A DNA stretch of 64,000 bases, taken from an uncultured Phycisphaerales bacterium. GTDB lineage: Bacteria > Planctomycetota > Phycisphaerae > Tepidisphaerales > Tepidisphaeraceae. The position numbers were made by a program, and so were the translations under genes. The stretch is taken from NCBI GenBank assembly GCA_963755915.1, contig CAVWLP010000002.1, positions 3,072,001-3,136,000 on the forward strand, written 5' to 3'. This document shows positions 40,201 through 49,248 of this stretch, one piece after another; the stretch's first letter is position 1, and each line of letters begins with the position of its first letter. The notes beneath the pieces are model-generated. The model did no database searches, was not told the DNA's origin, and worked only from the letters and a program-made list of their open reading frames with translations.

Positions 40201-42278
40201 CTCGTCAGCGTTTGCTCCACCGTCACGTTCACGCTGCTATACGTCGTCGCGCTTCCATCTGTGATGGCGACCTGGAAGGTGTAATCCCCAGCTTCGTCGA
40301 AAGTGACGGTCGTGATGTCGGAAAGAACAGAGCCGTTAAGGCTGAGCGTGGGATTTGCTCCAGAAGGCTCACTCGTGGCGGACCATGTATAGGTGAGTGT
40401 CCCCAGCCCGCCCAGATCGGCGGCAACCACGGCGAGAACCGTCGTTGTCCCAGTCACCGGGTTGGGCGTAGCTGTCGCCGGCACGATCACGGTAGGGGCG
40501 GTATCGCCGACGGTGACAGATGCCGTGCCGCTGTAAAGAATGTCAGCGGTGGCGCGGACTGTTGCATTTCCAGACGCATCCGGCGAAGTGTACAGACCCG
40601 AAGTGCTCACGCTCCCCACCCCCAACGGATCGATCGACCAGGTAAACGTCGGCTGCGAGGCCATTGCGTTGCCGAACTGGTCGACTGCCGTCGCCGTAAA
40701 CTGCTGTGTTTCGTTGTAGCCGAGATTCGCGGTTGTGGGAGATACCGTAACGCTCGTCAGCGTTTGCTCGACGGTCACGTCTACGGTGCTGTCGGTGGTG
40801 GCCTCGCCGTCGGAAATGGCAACCTGAAGCAGGTAGTCGCCCGCCTCATTGAAGGTGACCGTCGTTGTGTCGGAAAGATCCGATCCGTTCAGGCTGAACG
40901 TCGGATTCGCCCCGGCCGGTGCGGTGATGGCGCTCCAGGTGTAGGTTAGATTTCCCAGCCCGCCCAGGTCGGTTGCCACGACGGCCAGTACGCTCGTGGT
41001 CGTCGTCACCGGATTGGGCACGGCAGTTGCGGGCACAGTTACACTCGGCGCCGCGTCCGTCACGGTTACATCTGAAGTCCCGCTGACCGACCCGCTTGTC
41101 GCCCGCACCACCGCCGAACCCGCCGTCGTTCCAGCAGAATATAATCCCAGGGCATCGACCGACCCCACGCCGCCCGAATCCACCGACCAGGTAAACGCCG
41201 GCCCAAGCGTCAGGGCGTTGCCAAACTGATCGTACCCCGTTGCGGTGAACAGTTGTTCCCCGTTGAAATTCAGCGAAGCCGTACTCGGAGAGACGGTGAC
41301 GGTGGTAAGCGTCTGATCCACCGTCACCGTCACCGAACTTGTGGCAAGGGAAAGTCCGTCTTGTGCCGTGACCGTAAACACGTACACACCGGATTGAGAG
41401 AATGTGGCCGTCGTGTTCTTCGCCGCGTTGGTTCCATTGGCGCTATAAGTCGGAGCGGCACTGACCGTCACCGCCAACCAGGTGTACGTGACATTCGATT
41501 CCCCCCCCGTGTCCGCCGCCAGCACGCTTAGATTTGTGGTCTTCCCGGTGACCGTTGTTGGATTTGCCGCGGCGGCTGTCTGAATAGTGACGATACCGAG
41601 GAGGTCCGCGGGATAACTGGCCAGAAGCACCGTGTTGATCGGCGGAGCGAGATCGCCGGTGCCGCCGGAATGGGCTTCCAGAATCCAGTCCCCATCCTTA
41701 CCGGTGATGTTCGTCGATCCGAAGACACCGGCGCCGGTGAGTGCGTGCAATTGATTGAGCAGGCCAAGCCCCTGAGGATCGGCGGCAAGGTCGCAGGCAA
41801 ACAGATCGATTGCCGCGCCCGGCGCGAGGTCTTTCCCCAGCGCCTGCCATAGCGGCGCCGTCGTCGGCAGCGATTGGCTGGAAATAAGATTGTCTCCAAG
41901 GTCAAACTCTCCCGCCACGCCGTGGGAAAGAACGATCACCGTCCCCACTCCACCGCCCATTTGATTGGCAACCTGGATCGTTCGCTCGAGCACGCTGGTG
42001 GCCGATTCGGTGCGCGGATCGAAAAAGATCTTCCGGGCATTTCCCAGGCTTTGGATCAAAAGCGACTGATCCGGCAGCGTCGAATCGATCAGCGCCAAAA
42101 CCGGTGGATTCGACTTCGCCTCCGGCAAGGTCGCGGCCATTTCAGCCGTCGCGTCCAAAAGCAGCCGCCTCTCCAGCGGCTCGATCCAGGGAAGGCGCGC
42201 GAAGCGCTTTCGAATCCGCTGCGAGGGCTTTCGCGTGGTCGTGATCGCTTCACAATTTTCATTGCTACGAGTTCCCAC
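37230..42278 (-). CDS. Giant surface protein: LEPR-XLL-like motif, DUF4347, about 7 PKD/Ig-like tandem units, Pro/Thr stalk, C-terminal TM with SLPAWxxxDP
   Basis: IEPLERRLLLDA; VLSHG...DLFACDLA...GDWILE (DUF4347-like); repeated ATATPNPVT...LTYTWS...DQFGN units; C-terminal SSLPAWKWVDPVSILD. Confidence 0.88.
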   Translation of the reverse strand: MGTRSNENCEAITTTRKPSQRIRKRFARLPWIEPLERRLLLDATAEMAATLPEAKSNPPVLALIDSTLPDQSLLIQSLGNARKIFFDPRTESATSVLERTIQVANQMGGGVGTVIVLSHGVAGEFDLGDNLISSQSLPTTAPLWQALGKDLAPGAAIDLFACDLAADPQGLGLLNQLHALTGAGVFGSTNITGKDGDWILEAHSGGTGDLAPPINTVLLASYPADLLGIVTIQTAAAANPTTVTGKTTNLSVLAADTGGESNVTYTWLAVTVSAAPTYSANGTNAAKNTTATFSQSGVYVFTVTAQDGLSLATSSVTVTVDQTLTTVTVSPSTASLNFNGEQLFTATGYDQFGNALTLGPAFTWSVDSGGVGSVDALGLYSAGTTAGSAVVRATSGSVSGTSDVTVTDAAPSVTVPATAVPNPVTTTTSVLAVVATDLGGLGNLTYTWSAITAPAGANPTFSLNGSDLSDTTTVTFNEAGDYLLQVAISDGEATTDSTVDVTVEQTLTSVTVSPTTANLGYNETQQFTATAVDQFGNAMASQPTFTWSIDPLGVGSVSTSGLYTSPDASGNATVRATADILYSGTASVTVGDTAPTVIVPATATPNPVTGTTTVLAVVAADLGGLGTLTYTWSATSEPSGANPTLSLNGSVLSDITTVTFDEAGDYTFQVAITDGSATTYSSVNVTVEQTLTSVTVSPSTANLGYNETQQFTANALDQFGNAMATQPTFTWSIDPLGVGSVSTSGLYTSPATSGTATVRATADTLYSGTASVTVGDTPPTVIIPATATPNPVTGTTTVLTVVAADLGGLGTLTYTWSATSEPADANPSFSLNGSSLSNITTVTFNEAGDYTFQVAITDGSATTFSSVNVTVEQTLTTVTVSPTTAGLGYNQTQQFAASALDQFGNAMATQPTFTWSIDPLGVGSVSTSGLYTSPATSGNATVRATADLLYSGTASVTVGDTPPTVILPATATPNPVTGTSTLLTVVAADLGGLGTLTYTWTATSQPANANPTFSVNGSSLSDITTVIFNEAGAYTFQVAITDGNATTYSSVNVNVEQTLTTVNVTPGSASLGYRQTQQFAATALDQFGAPMATQPGFTWSIDPLGVGSVNSSGLYTAPNSTGTADVRATADSLYSALGSVAVSDTPPTVLVAATATPNPVTATTTVLAVVAVDLGGLGSLTYTWSAISAPAGADPTFSLNGSGLSDITTATFNEAGDYTFQVAITDGSATTYSSVNVTVEQTLTTVTVSPTTASLGYGQTQQFAATGLDQFGNQMATQPGFTWSIDPLGVGSVNSSGLYTAPDSAGTATVRATADTLFSGTASVTVANNVGLEIVTPATATPNPVTGTTTLLSVTATELGGVESLTYTWSATNSPNGAKPLFSSNGTDASAVTTATFDESGNYTFTVVVSDGTHTAQSSVNVVVDQTLTTVTVTPATSTVLVDGTEQFTAVALDQFGKPMTTQPAFTWSVVLPGEGTIDQNGLYTAPADPGSAVIRATADLLHSGTGIVTITAVAPTPPTNPIIPTPPINPIVPVIPTPPTTPTTPTTPTQTVTVTVQPIVVVIDPPLPTPVLLTAPGAHAGTPPVLSQANTALPVGLAAPVSASAEPVEASQSIIAAAVAVTTGIIAQLLIPGSFVASMFSSLPAWKWVDPVSILDPSRARKTKQPGKPAEEEPKLKGLLE
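37745..41600. repeat. Intragenic tandem repeat, about 552-bp (184-aa) period, about 7 copies
   Basis: Near-identical shadow ORFs recur 552 bp apart (39383/39935; 39499/40051). Seven NP(T/V)T-type unit starts in the protein. Confidence 0.85.
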
Positions 42279-42572
42279 GCCTTTTTAATCGGGCATTGAT
42301 GAATCAATAATTGGCTCTTTAATTGGGTGCCCCACTGTCAGGATAATCCGCGTCTCGACGCCCGGGGATTTTCGAGTCGCCCACATTCGCAGAAGCGGGG
42401 TGCCTCAATTGTTCGTGAGTGTTGAAAGGGGAAGGTTTTGCCGCTATTTCCGACAGATATTGAGCTAACTGCAACCGTATAGTCAACGAATTGCAGAGAC
42501 CGGTCCGGCGACGAAATGTCGCTCGCCGAGGTGTGTAAGGCGAATTACATTTGAGCACGATTGTGAAAAAGC

Positions 42573-44099
42573 TCACGTATCCAGCGTCGCCGCATACGCT
42601 TGGGCCAGTTTGGAGAGGTCCGCGCAAACGTGAGCATATTTGGGGTCATTTGCGAGGTTGTTCAGTTCCAGCGGATCGGATTTCGGATCCAGGAGCATCG
42701 CCCCATTTGCGCCGTTGGGTCCAAATTCGGCATATCGAAATTCCTCGGTTCGTACAGCCACGCCATGCAGCGTTGCGCCGTCTTCGCTCCAGACCGAATA
42801 AGCGGGCTTTGTCCACATAGCATCGGGTTTGGCCAGAAGCGACGTGATGCTGGCCCCTTCGTTGCCCGCCGGCAGATCCAGACCGCACAGTTCGACGAGT
42901 GTGGCGTACAAATCCAGCGACTGCACGATCCGCGTCGAGCTTTTCCCATTTCCCGCCATTCCCGGCGCGTGAATGATCAGCGGCACGCGCGTTCCCATTT
43001 CAAACAGTGATCCCGCCTTCGACCATTTCCCTTTTTCGCCAAGCTGATACCCGTGATCCGCCAAAAAAACGATGATAGTATTCTCGCGAAGACCGAGCCG
43101 ATCCAGCTCGCCGATCACCCGGCCGATGTTCCAGTCGGTCCACGAAATCGAAGCGAGATAAGCGCGGATTACCTGCCTCGCTTCTTCCTCGCTCGCCCCG
43201 CGCCCGATGAACAGATCGGCGTTTCGCCGGCGGATCGCGGCGCTGGGAAATCCTTTTGGCACCGTCGGCCACGCCGCGAAATCCGGCGTGAGCTTGATCT
43301 TCTCCGGGTCATACCAATCGAAGAATTTCTGCGGCGCGGTGGGGGGGCTATGAGGCTTCACGAATCCGCAGGCGATGAAAAATGGCTGGTCCTTATACTT
43401 CCGAAGATTCGCGATCGTATGGTCGGCAGTGAGATAATCTCCGTGTCCTTCCCCATTGCCGTCGAGGAGGACGATGCGATCTGAATAAGCCGCGCGGGAG
43501 TTGTCGGCTGGAAGCGGCGGCAATTCGCCGTCCGGCATCGGAATCTGCTTGCGCGGGATCTGCATCGTCCGGCCGACCTGTCGATTGGTGACGTCCTCTC
43601 CCGGGGCCGCATCGCTGGTTGCGCTCCACGAGGGGGCATCGTCGATTCCGCCGTGATAAATCTTGCCGGCCCGGACCGTCGCGTATCCATTCCGCATGAA
43701 AACCTGCGGCAAAGTCGTCCAATCGGGATGGGCATCGCGGAAATAAGTTCGGTTACCCAACACGCTCGTCCGCGTCGGGTTCTTCCCGGTCAGAAGGGAT
43801 GAGCGCGACGGGTTGCACAGCGGAAACTGGCAATAATTCCGGTCGAACCTCACGCCGGCGCCCGCGAGCGCATCTAAATTCGGAGTCTTCGCCCCAAACA
43901 TCGAAGCATAACAACCGAGTTCGACCCGCATGTCGTCCGACATGAGAAACAGCACATTGGGTTTGCGCTGCGCTGGTGGATTCGGGGCTGCGGCAACCTG
44001 CCCGCGCACTGATATCGGCACAACTGCGGCAACGGTCGCAGCGGCCGCTTGTCCCAAAAATCGTCGCCGCGAAACCCCCATTGTGCTCGCCTTACGCAT
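42573..44099 (-). CDS. Tat-exported Cys-type sulfatase (iduronate/choline-sulfatase-like), paralog A
   Basis: SRRRFLG twin-arginine, PNVLFLMSDD, CNPSRSSLLTG (CxPxR), GFVKPH and ADHGYQLGEKG. Confidence 0.94.
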   Translation of the reverse strand: MRKASTMGVSRRRFLGQAAAATVAAVVPISVRGQVAAAPNPPAQRKPNVLFLMSDDMRVELGCYASMFGAKTPNLDALAGAGVRFDRNYCQFPLCNPSRSSLLTGKNPTRTSVLGNRTYFRDAHPDWTTLPQVFMRNGYATVRAGKIYHGGIDDAPSWSATSDAAPGEDVTNRQVGRTMQIPRKQIPMPDGELPPLPADNSRAAYSDRIVLLDGNGEGHGDYLTADHTIANLRKYKDQPFFIACGFVKPHSPPTAPQKFFDWYDPEKIKLTPDFAAWPTVPKGFPSAAIRRRNADLFIGRGASEEEARQVIRAYLASISWTDWNIGRVIGELDRLGLRENTIIVFLADHGYQLGEKGKWSKAGSLFEMGTRVPLIIHAPGMAGNGKSSTRIVQSLDLYATLVELCGLDLPAGNEGASITSLLAKPDAMWTKPAYSVWSEDGATLHGVAVRTEEFRYAEFGPNGANGAMLLDPKSDPLELNNLANDPKYAHVCADLSKLAQAYAATLDT

Positions 44100-44246
44100 G
44101 CCAAAAGCTTATTGCCTTTGATTGCCTGAATCCATATTCAGCCGCGCCGCGCCTAATACTCTTTACTTTCGCGAAAAAATGCTTTTTCCTTTTCTCCTCC
44201 AGGTCGGGGCGGCGGTGGGGGGTCTGGAGCTGTTAAGGCGATGATA

Positions 44247-45812
44247 TCAGTCTTGATCCGGCCCCAACATTTCCTTTCCAGAATTTCGCGTCCCCAGCAC
44301 CGACGCATACGCGCGCGTCAGCTTCGACAGCTCCGCGCAACGCTGGGCATATTTCGGATCGTTGGCCAGATTCTTCATCTCCAGCGGATCTGCTCTTGAG
44401 TCAAGCAGCATCGCCCCGCTGGCGCCGTCCGGCCCATATTCCGCATATCGAAATTCCTCGGTGCGCACCGCCACCCCCTGGATCGTCTTCCAGTCTTCGC
44501 TCCAAATCGAAAACGCCGGCCTGTTCCACTGGGCGTCGGGTTTGTGAAGGAGCGGAACCAGGCTTGTACCCTCGTTTCCCGCCGGCAGATTTAGGCCGCA
44601 CAGGTCGACCAGCGTGGCATACAAATCCAGGGACTGCACGATCCGCGTCGACGTTCGGCCATTCCCCGCGATCCCCGGCGCATGAATAATCAGCGGCACG
44701 CGCGTGCCCATTTCAAACAGTGACCCGGCCTTCGACCATTTCCCTTTTTCCCCGAGCTGATATCCATGATCCGCGAGGAAGACGATGATCGTGTTGTTGC
44801 GAAGTCCCTGTCGATCGAGTTCGCCGATGACCCGCCCGATATTCCAGTCGGTCCACGAAATTGAGGCGAGATAAGCGCGTATCATCTCCCTTGCCTCCTG
44901 GACGCTCGCCCCGCGCCCGACGAAGACGTCGGCATTTCGCTTGCGAATTGCCGCACTGGGAAATCCCCTGGGAACCGTCGGCCACGCCGCGAAATCGGGC
45001 GTAAGCTTGATCTTCTCCGGATCGTATAAATCGAAAAACTGCTGCGGCGCCGACGGTGGGCTGTGGGGCTTGGCGAATCCGCAGGCGATGAAAAACGGCT
45101 GGTCGCGATACTTTCTGATATTGGCGATTGTGTGCTCGGCCGTGAGATAGTCACTGTGACTTTCGCCGTCTCCATCAAGGATCACGATTCGGTCCGAATA
45201 GGCCACGCGGGGCCTGTCCGCCGCCAGCGCCGGCCAATCCCCTTTGGGCATCGGAATCCGCGCCCGCGGAATCTGCAGCGTCCTGCCCACGCCCCTGTCG
45301 ATAATTATCTCCGGCAGGCCCACATCGCTTGTCACGTTCCACGACGGGACATCGTCAATTCCCCCGTGAAAAATCTTCCCGGCTCGTACCGTCACATATC
45401 CGCTGTGCATGAACACCTGGGGCAGAGTCGTCCAATCGGGATGCGCTTTGCGAAAATTAGTGCGATTGTCCAGCACGCGGGTTCTGGTCGGATTCTTCCC
45501 CGTCAGAAGCGACGATCGCGAGGGATTACAGAGGGGAAACTGGCAGAAATTGCGGTCGAACCTTACACCGGCGCCGGCCAGCGCATCCAGGTTCGGCGTC
45601 CTGGCCCCAAACATGGAGCCGTAACAGCCCAGCTCCACCCGCATATCGTCCGACATGATAAAGAGCACGTTGGGCCGTCTCGGCTCCGGGGGATTCGGCG
45701 TCATCACAAACTGCGGCCGCATCACCTGGGGAATCGCCGCGGCAACCGTCGCCGCCGCCATCTGTTCCAAAAACTGGCGTCGCGATGGTCCGGTTGTGCT
45801 CGTTCTAGTCAT
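44247..45812 (-). CDS. Tat-exported Cys-type sulfatase, paralog B
   Basis: SRRQFLE and CNPSRSSLLTG; long stretches identical to paralog A. Confidence 0.94.
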   Translation of the reverse strand: MTRTSTTGPSRRQFLEQMAAATVAAAIPQVMRPQFVMTPNPPEPRRPNVLFIMSDDMRVELGCYGSMFGARTPNLDALAGAGVRFDRNFCQFPLCNPSRSSLLTGKNPTRTRVLDNRTNFRKAHPDWTTLPQVFMHSGYVTVRAGKIFHGGIDDVPSWNVTSDVGLPEIIIDRGVGRTLQIPRARIPMPKGDWPALAADRPRVAYSDRIVILDGDGESHSDYLTAEHTIANIRKYRDQPFFIACGFAKPHSPPSAPQQFFDLYDPEKIKLTPDFAAWPTVPRGFPSAAIRKRNADVFVGRGASVQEAREMIRAYLASISWTDWNIGRVIGELDRQGLRNNTIIVFLADHGYQLGEKGKWSKAGSLFEMGTRVPLIIHAPGIAGNGRTSTRIVQSLDLYATLVDLCGLNLPAGNEGTSLVPLLHKPDAQWNRPAFSIWSEDWKTIQGVAVRTEEFRYAEYGPDGASGAMLLDSRADPLEMKNLANDPKYAQRCAELSKLTRAYASVLGTRNSGKEMLGPDQD

Positions 45813-46026
45813 TCAAAAAGCTTCCCTCTTTTCCCCGCCTCTGGGTTATTGTCGGCAAATCCAGTCTTTCTACTTTTCGAGTTTCCTCCGTTTTACTCTC
45901 ACACGCAGCGCGGGCGAAGGTTGCGGTGGCCGGGGACCCCCCCGGCGGCTATGGATTCTAATATGGCTGGATTATCTCTACTTATCTCCACGTGTACCGC
46001 CATTGAAAGCATATAATCTCCCGCCG

Positions 46027-47256
46027 ATGCCTCCGTTTCATGTCCTCGCCAAGCCGATTGGCCCGATCTGCAACCTCGATTGCAGGTACTGCTTCTATCT
46101 CGAAAAGGAGCACCTCTATCCGCAGGAGCGGAAATGGGCCATGCCGCCGGAGGTGCTGGAGAGTTTTATCCGGCAATACATCGAGGCCCAAGAGGCAGAG
46201 GAAATTTATTTCGCCTGGCAGGGCGGGGAACCGACGCTGCTTGGCGTCGAGTTCTTCCAAACGGTGGTCGAGCTTCAGCGTAAATACGCCGGCGGCAAGA
46301 CGATTCACAACGCGCTGCAAACCAACGGCACGCTGCTGGAGGATCACTGGTGCCAGTTCCTTCGCGAGCACGATTTTCTCATTGGATTGTCCATCGACGG
46401 CCCGGCTGATCTGCACGACGTCTATCGTGTCGACAAAAATGGGCGGGCGAGCTTCGATGCCGTCATGCGCGGTCTGCGCTTCATCCAGAAGCACGGCGTA
46501 CAGTTCAATACCCTCACGGTCGTCCACCGCTTAAACGCGAAAGAGCCGCTGAAAGTTTACGAATTCCTCAAGTCCGTCGGCAGCAGCTTCATTCAGTTCA
46601 TCCCGGTGGTCGAGCGACTGGCGCAAACCACAAACCTCACCATCCGCGGGCTCGATTTCGCCGAACCTCCTGTCGCGGGCGAGAATGGCGCGCACGCTTC
46701 GGTCACTCCCTGGTCGGTCGATCCGATCGACTATGGGAACTTCCTGTGCCAGATTTTCGATTGCTGGGTTCGGCGCAACGTGGGAGAGGTTTTTGTGCAA
46801 CATTTCGACGTTGCGCTTTCCAACTGGCTCGGGTTGGGATCACCGTTGTGCGTGTTTGCCGAGAAATGCGGCTCCGCGCTGGCGATCGAGCATAATGGGG
46901 ATCTTTATTCGTGCGATCATTATGTCTATCCGCGCTATAAGCTTGGGAACGTGGTGGACGATTCGCTGGCCGAGATGACGCAGTCGCCGGCCCAGCGGAA
47001 ATTCGGTTCTGACAAGTTCGACTCTCTGCCGGGATATTGCCGGCAGTGCGAGGTTCGGTTTGCGTGCAATGGGGAGTGTCCGAAACATCGCTTCGCCAAA
47101 ACGCCGGATGGGGAAGAGGGGCTGAATTATCTTTGTCCGGCGTACAAACAATTTTTCAATCACATCGATCCATTTATGCGGCGGATGGGCCAACTGCTGA
47201 ATGAGGGGCGGCCTGCTTCGGATATCATGGAGACGCTGCATCCTGGCGAAGACTAG
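46027..47256 (+). CDS. Anaerobic sulfatase-maturating radical SAM/SPASM enzyme (anSME)
   Basis: AKPIGPICNLDCRYCFY (CxxxCxxC), WQGGEPTL, LQTNG, SIDG and SPASM cysteines (CRQC...CNGECPK...C). Divergent from the sulfatases. Confidence 0.95.
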   Translation: MPPFHVLAKPIGPICNLDCRYCFYLEKEHLYPQERKWAMPPEVLESFIRQYIEAQEAEEIYFAWQGGEPTLLGVEFFQTVVELQRKYAGGKTIHNALQTNGTLLEDHWCQFLREHDFLIGLSIDGPADLHDVYRVDKNGRASFDAVMRGLRFIQKHGVQFNTLTVVHRLNAKEPLKVYEFLKSVGSSFIQFIPVVERLAQTTNLTIRGLDFAEPPVAGENGAHASVTPWSVDPIDYGNFLCQIFDCWVRRNVGEVFVQHFDVALSNWLGLGSPLCVFAEKCGSALAIEHNGDLYSCDHYVYPRYKLGNVVDDSLAEMTQSPAQRKFGSDKFDSLPGYCRQCEVRFACNGECPKHRFAKTPDGEEGLNYLCPAYKQFFNHIDPFMRRMGQLLNEGRPASDIMETLHPGED

Positions 47257-47560
47257 TGAAGCACGCGGTGCTTTGCCTTCGGGTTGGATTTGAGGATTCC
47301 GTCGGTTGGAGTCGTCGCGTCGGTGATGCCGGCGGTCGGATTTGTAATTGTTGTTGCGACGGGGAATGCGGGCGCTTCGACAATTGCCGCGACGGCCGGA
47401 AGGGTAACCCCCTGGCCAAAGTTCGCAGAGAGGGCCGAGAAATCGGAGCCATTTACCGTGCCATCGAGATTGGCGTCGCCGAGTAGCGTGTACTTCAGCT
47501 CGATTTCGCCGCGGGAGAGGCCGGCGACGTTGTGGGTACCATCGGCGCAGTCGGCCCAGC
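47253..47560 (-). pseudogene. 3' fragment of a large secreted protein (dockerin-like C-terminus)
   Basis: ADCADG...GEIELKYTLLGDANLDGTVNGSDFSALSANFG; the upstream body of the gene is absent. Confidence 0.7.
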
Positions 47561-47775
47561 GGTCATTCGACATTACCACCAGGGACCTGGCATCTGTCAG
47601 CCAGCCCGGAACCGATTTTTTCGGAATTCATGTCTCAAATGGCGGCAAAGTCATGATTTTCGCCGGGGGCATCCCGTTGAAACGTGGAAATGAAGTCGTC
47701 GGAGCCATTGGCGTAAGCGGGGGATCAGGTGAACAGGATCATGCCGTCGCGGAAGCTGGCGCCAAGGCGATTTAA
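47560..47775 (+). pseudogene. 3' half of a GlcG/HbpS (DUF336) heme-binding protein gene
   Basis: FDITTRDL...FFGIHVSNGGKVMIFAGGIPLKRGNEVVGAIGVSGGSGEQDHAVAEAG; the N-terminal half is absent. Confidence 0.8.
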
Positions 47776-47839
47776 ATCGCCCAACATTAACGCGCGATCC
47801 GGCGCGGCTATGCCCACCGGATAACATCCCACGGGACGA

Positions 47840-49036
47840 TCATGCCGCGATCATTCCATGCGGATCGATAACGAATTTCTTGGCGGCGCCTTTGTCAAAA
47901 TCCTTGTATCCGCGGGGCGCTTCGTCCAGCGTGATTGTGGTGACATTAACCGCCTTGGCGATTTTGATCTTGTCGTGAAGTATGCACTGCATCAATTGAC
48001 GGTTGTATTTCATCACCGGGCATTGACCTGTGTGAAAGCTGTGGCTTTTTGCCCAACCTAAACCAATCCGGATTCCGAGGTTGCCGATCTTTGCATTCTC
48101 GTCGATTCCACCTGGATCGCCGGTGACGTAAAGGCCGGGAATCCCCAGCGAGCCGCCGGCGCGCGTCACTTCCATGATCGAATTTAGCACGGTTGCCGGC
48201 CGCTCGACTTTGGCGTCCTTGCCCTGCCCATGCGCCTCGAATCCAACGCAGTCTACCGAACAATCCACTTCCGGAACCCCGACGATTTGCTCGATCTGCT
48301 GGGCCAGAGTCGCGTCCTTTTTCAAATCAACGGTTTCGCATCCGAATGACTTGGCTTGTTTCAACCGCTCTGGAATCAGGTCCCCCACGATGACCACCGC
48401 GGCGCCCAGAAGATGGCACGCTGCGGCACACGCCAGGCCGACTGGTCCCGCGCCCGCGACATACACCACGACGCCGGGACCGACGCCCGCCGTCACCGCC
48501 CCGTGATAGCCGGTCGGGAAAATATCGCTCAGCAGCGTCAGATCCTTTATTTTCTCCATCGCCTGATCTTTATCGGGGAATTTCAGCAGGTTGAAATCCG
48601 CATAGGGAACCATCACATATTCCGCCTGCCCGCCAACCCATCCGCCCATATCGACATAACCGTAGGCGGCGCCTGGGCGGGACGTATTCACGTTCAAGCA
48701 GATTCCCGTGCGTCCTTCCTTGCAATTGCGACACCGCCCGCAGGCAATGTTAAACGGCACGGAAACGATATCGCCCTTCCGAATGAACTCGACGTCGCGG
48801 CCCGTCTCAATAACTTCTCCGGTTATCTCGTGGCCAAGCACAAGTCCGGATGGAGCGGTCGTGCGGCCGCGCACCATGTGCTGGTCAGAGCCGCAGATGT
48901 TCGTCGAGACGATCTTGAGAATAACGCCATGTTCGATTTTTCGTTTCGTCACCGGGCTAAACAGCTTGGGAAAATCAATGCTTTGAACTTTCACTTCTCC
49001 AGCTTTAATGAAAGCCACGCCGCGGTTAGAAGCCAT
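47840..49036 (-). CDS. fdhA: Glutathione-independent formaldehyde dehydrogenase
   Basis: STNICGSDQHMVRGRTTAP, GHEITGEV, CGRCRNC, LSDIFPTG, GIPGLYVTGDPG and FVIDPHG. SD GAGGGAG before ATG 49036. Confidence 0.93.
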   Translation of the reverse strand: MASNRGVAFIKAGEVKVQSIDFPKLFSPVTKRKIEHGVILKIVSTNICGSDQHMVRGRTTAPSGLVLGHEITGEVIETGRDVEFIRKGDIVSVPFNIACGRCRNCKEGRTGICLNVNTSRPGAAYGYVDMGGWVGGQAEYVMVPYADFNLLKFPDKDQAMEKIKDLTLLSDIFPTGYHGAVTAGVGPGVVVYVAGAGPVGLACAAACHLLGAAVVIVGDLIPERLKQAKSFGCETVDLKKDATLAQQIEQIVGVPEVDCSVDCVGFEAHGQGKDAKVERPATVLNSIMEVTRAGGSLGIPGLYVTGDPGGIDENAKIGNLGIRIGLGWAKSHSFHTGQCPVMKYNRQLMQCILHDKIKIAKAVNVTTITLDEAPRGYKDFDKGAAKKFVIDPHGMIAA

Positions 49037-49248
49037 AGTGATTACTCCCTCAAAAAGGATTGACGAGCGCACATTCCCGCACGGCCGAACCAATTTTTCC
49101 TCCGCCGCGCGCTAAGAATTCATTGTTGAATTCTTCGTAAAATCGTACCTCCAAAGACCCGACCCGACAAACGAAACTGCTGTTCAATAATTGAACAAAG
49201 CCGCGACGCCAATTCATGCTCGGCGATCCCGGCGCAAAGACATTCGGT

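Noticed and set aside
42280-42570. c-di-GMP riboswitch upstream of the giant protein
   Set aside because: GGCAAAACC occurs on the minus strand, but the second stem and GCAAAGC element are missing.
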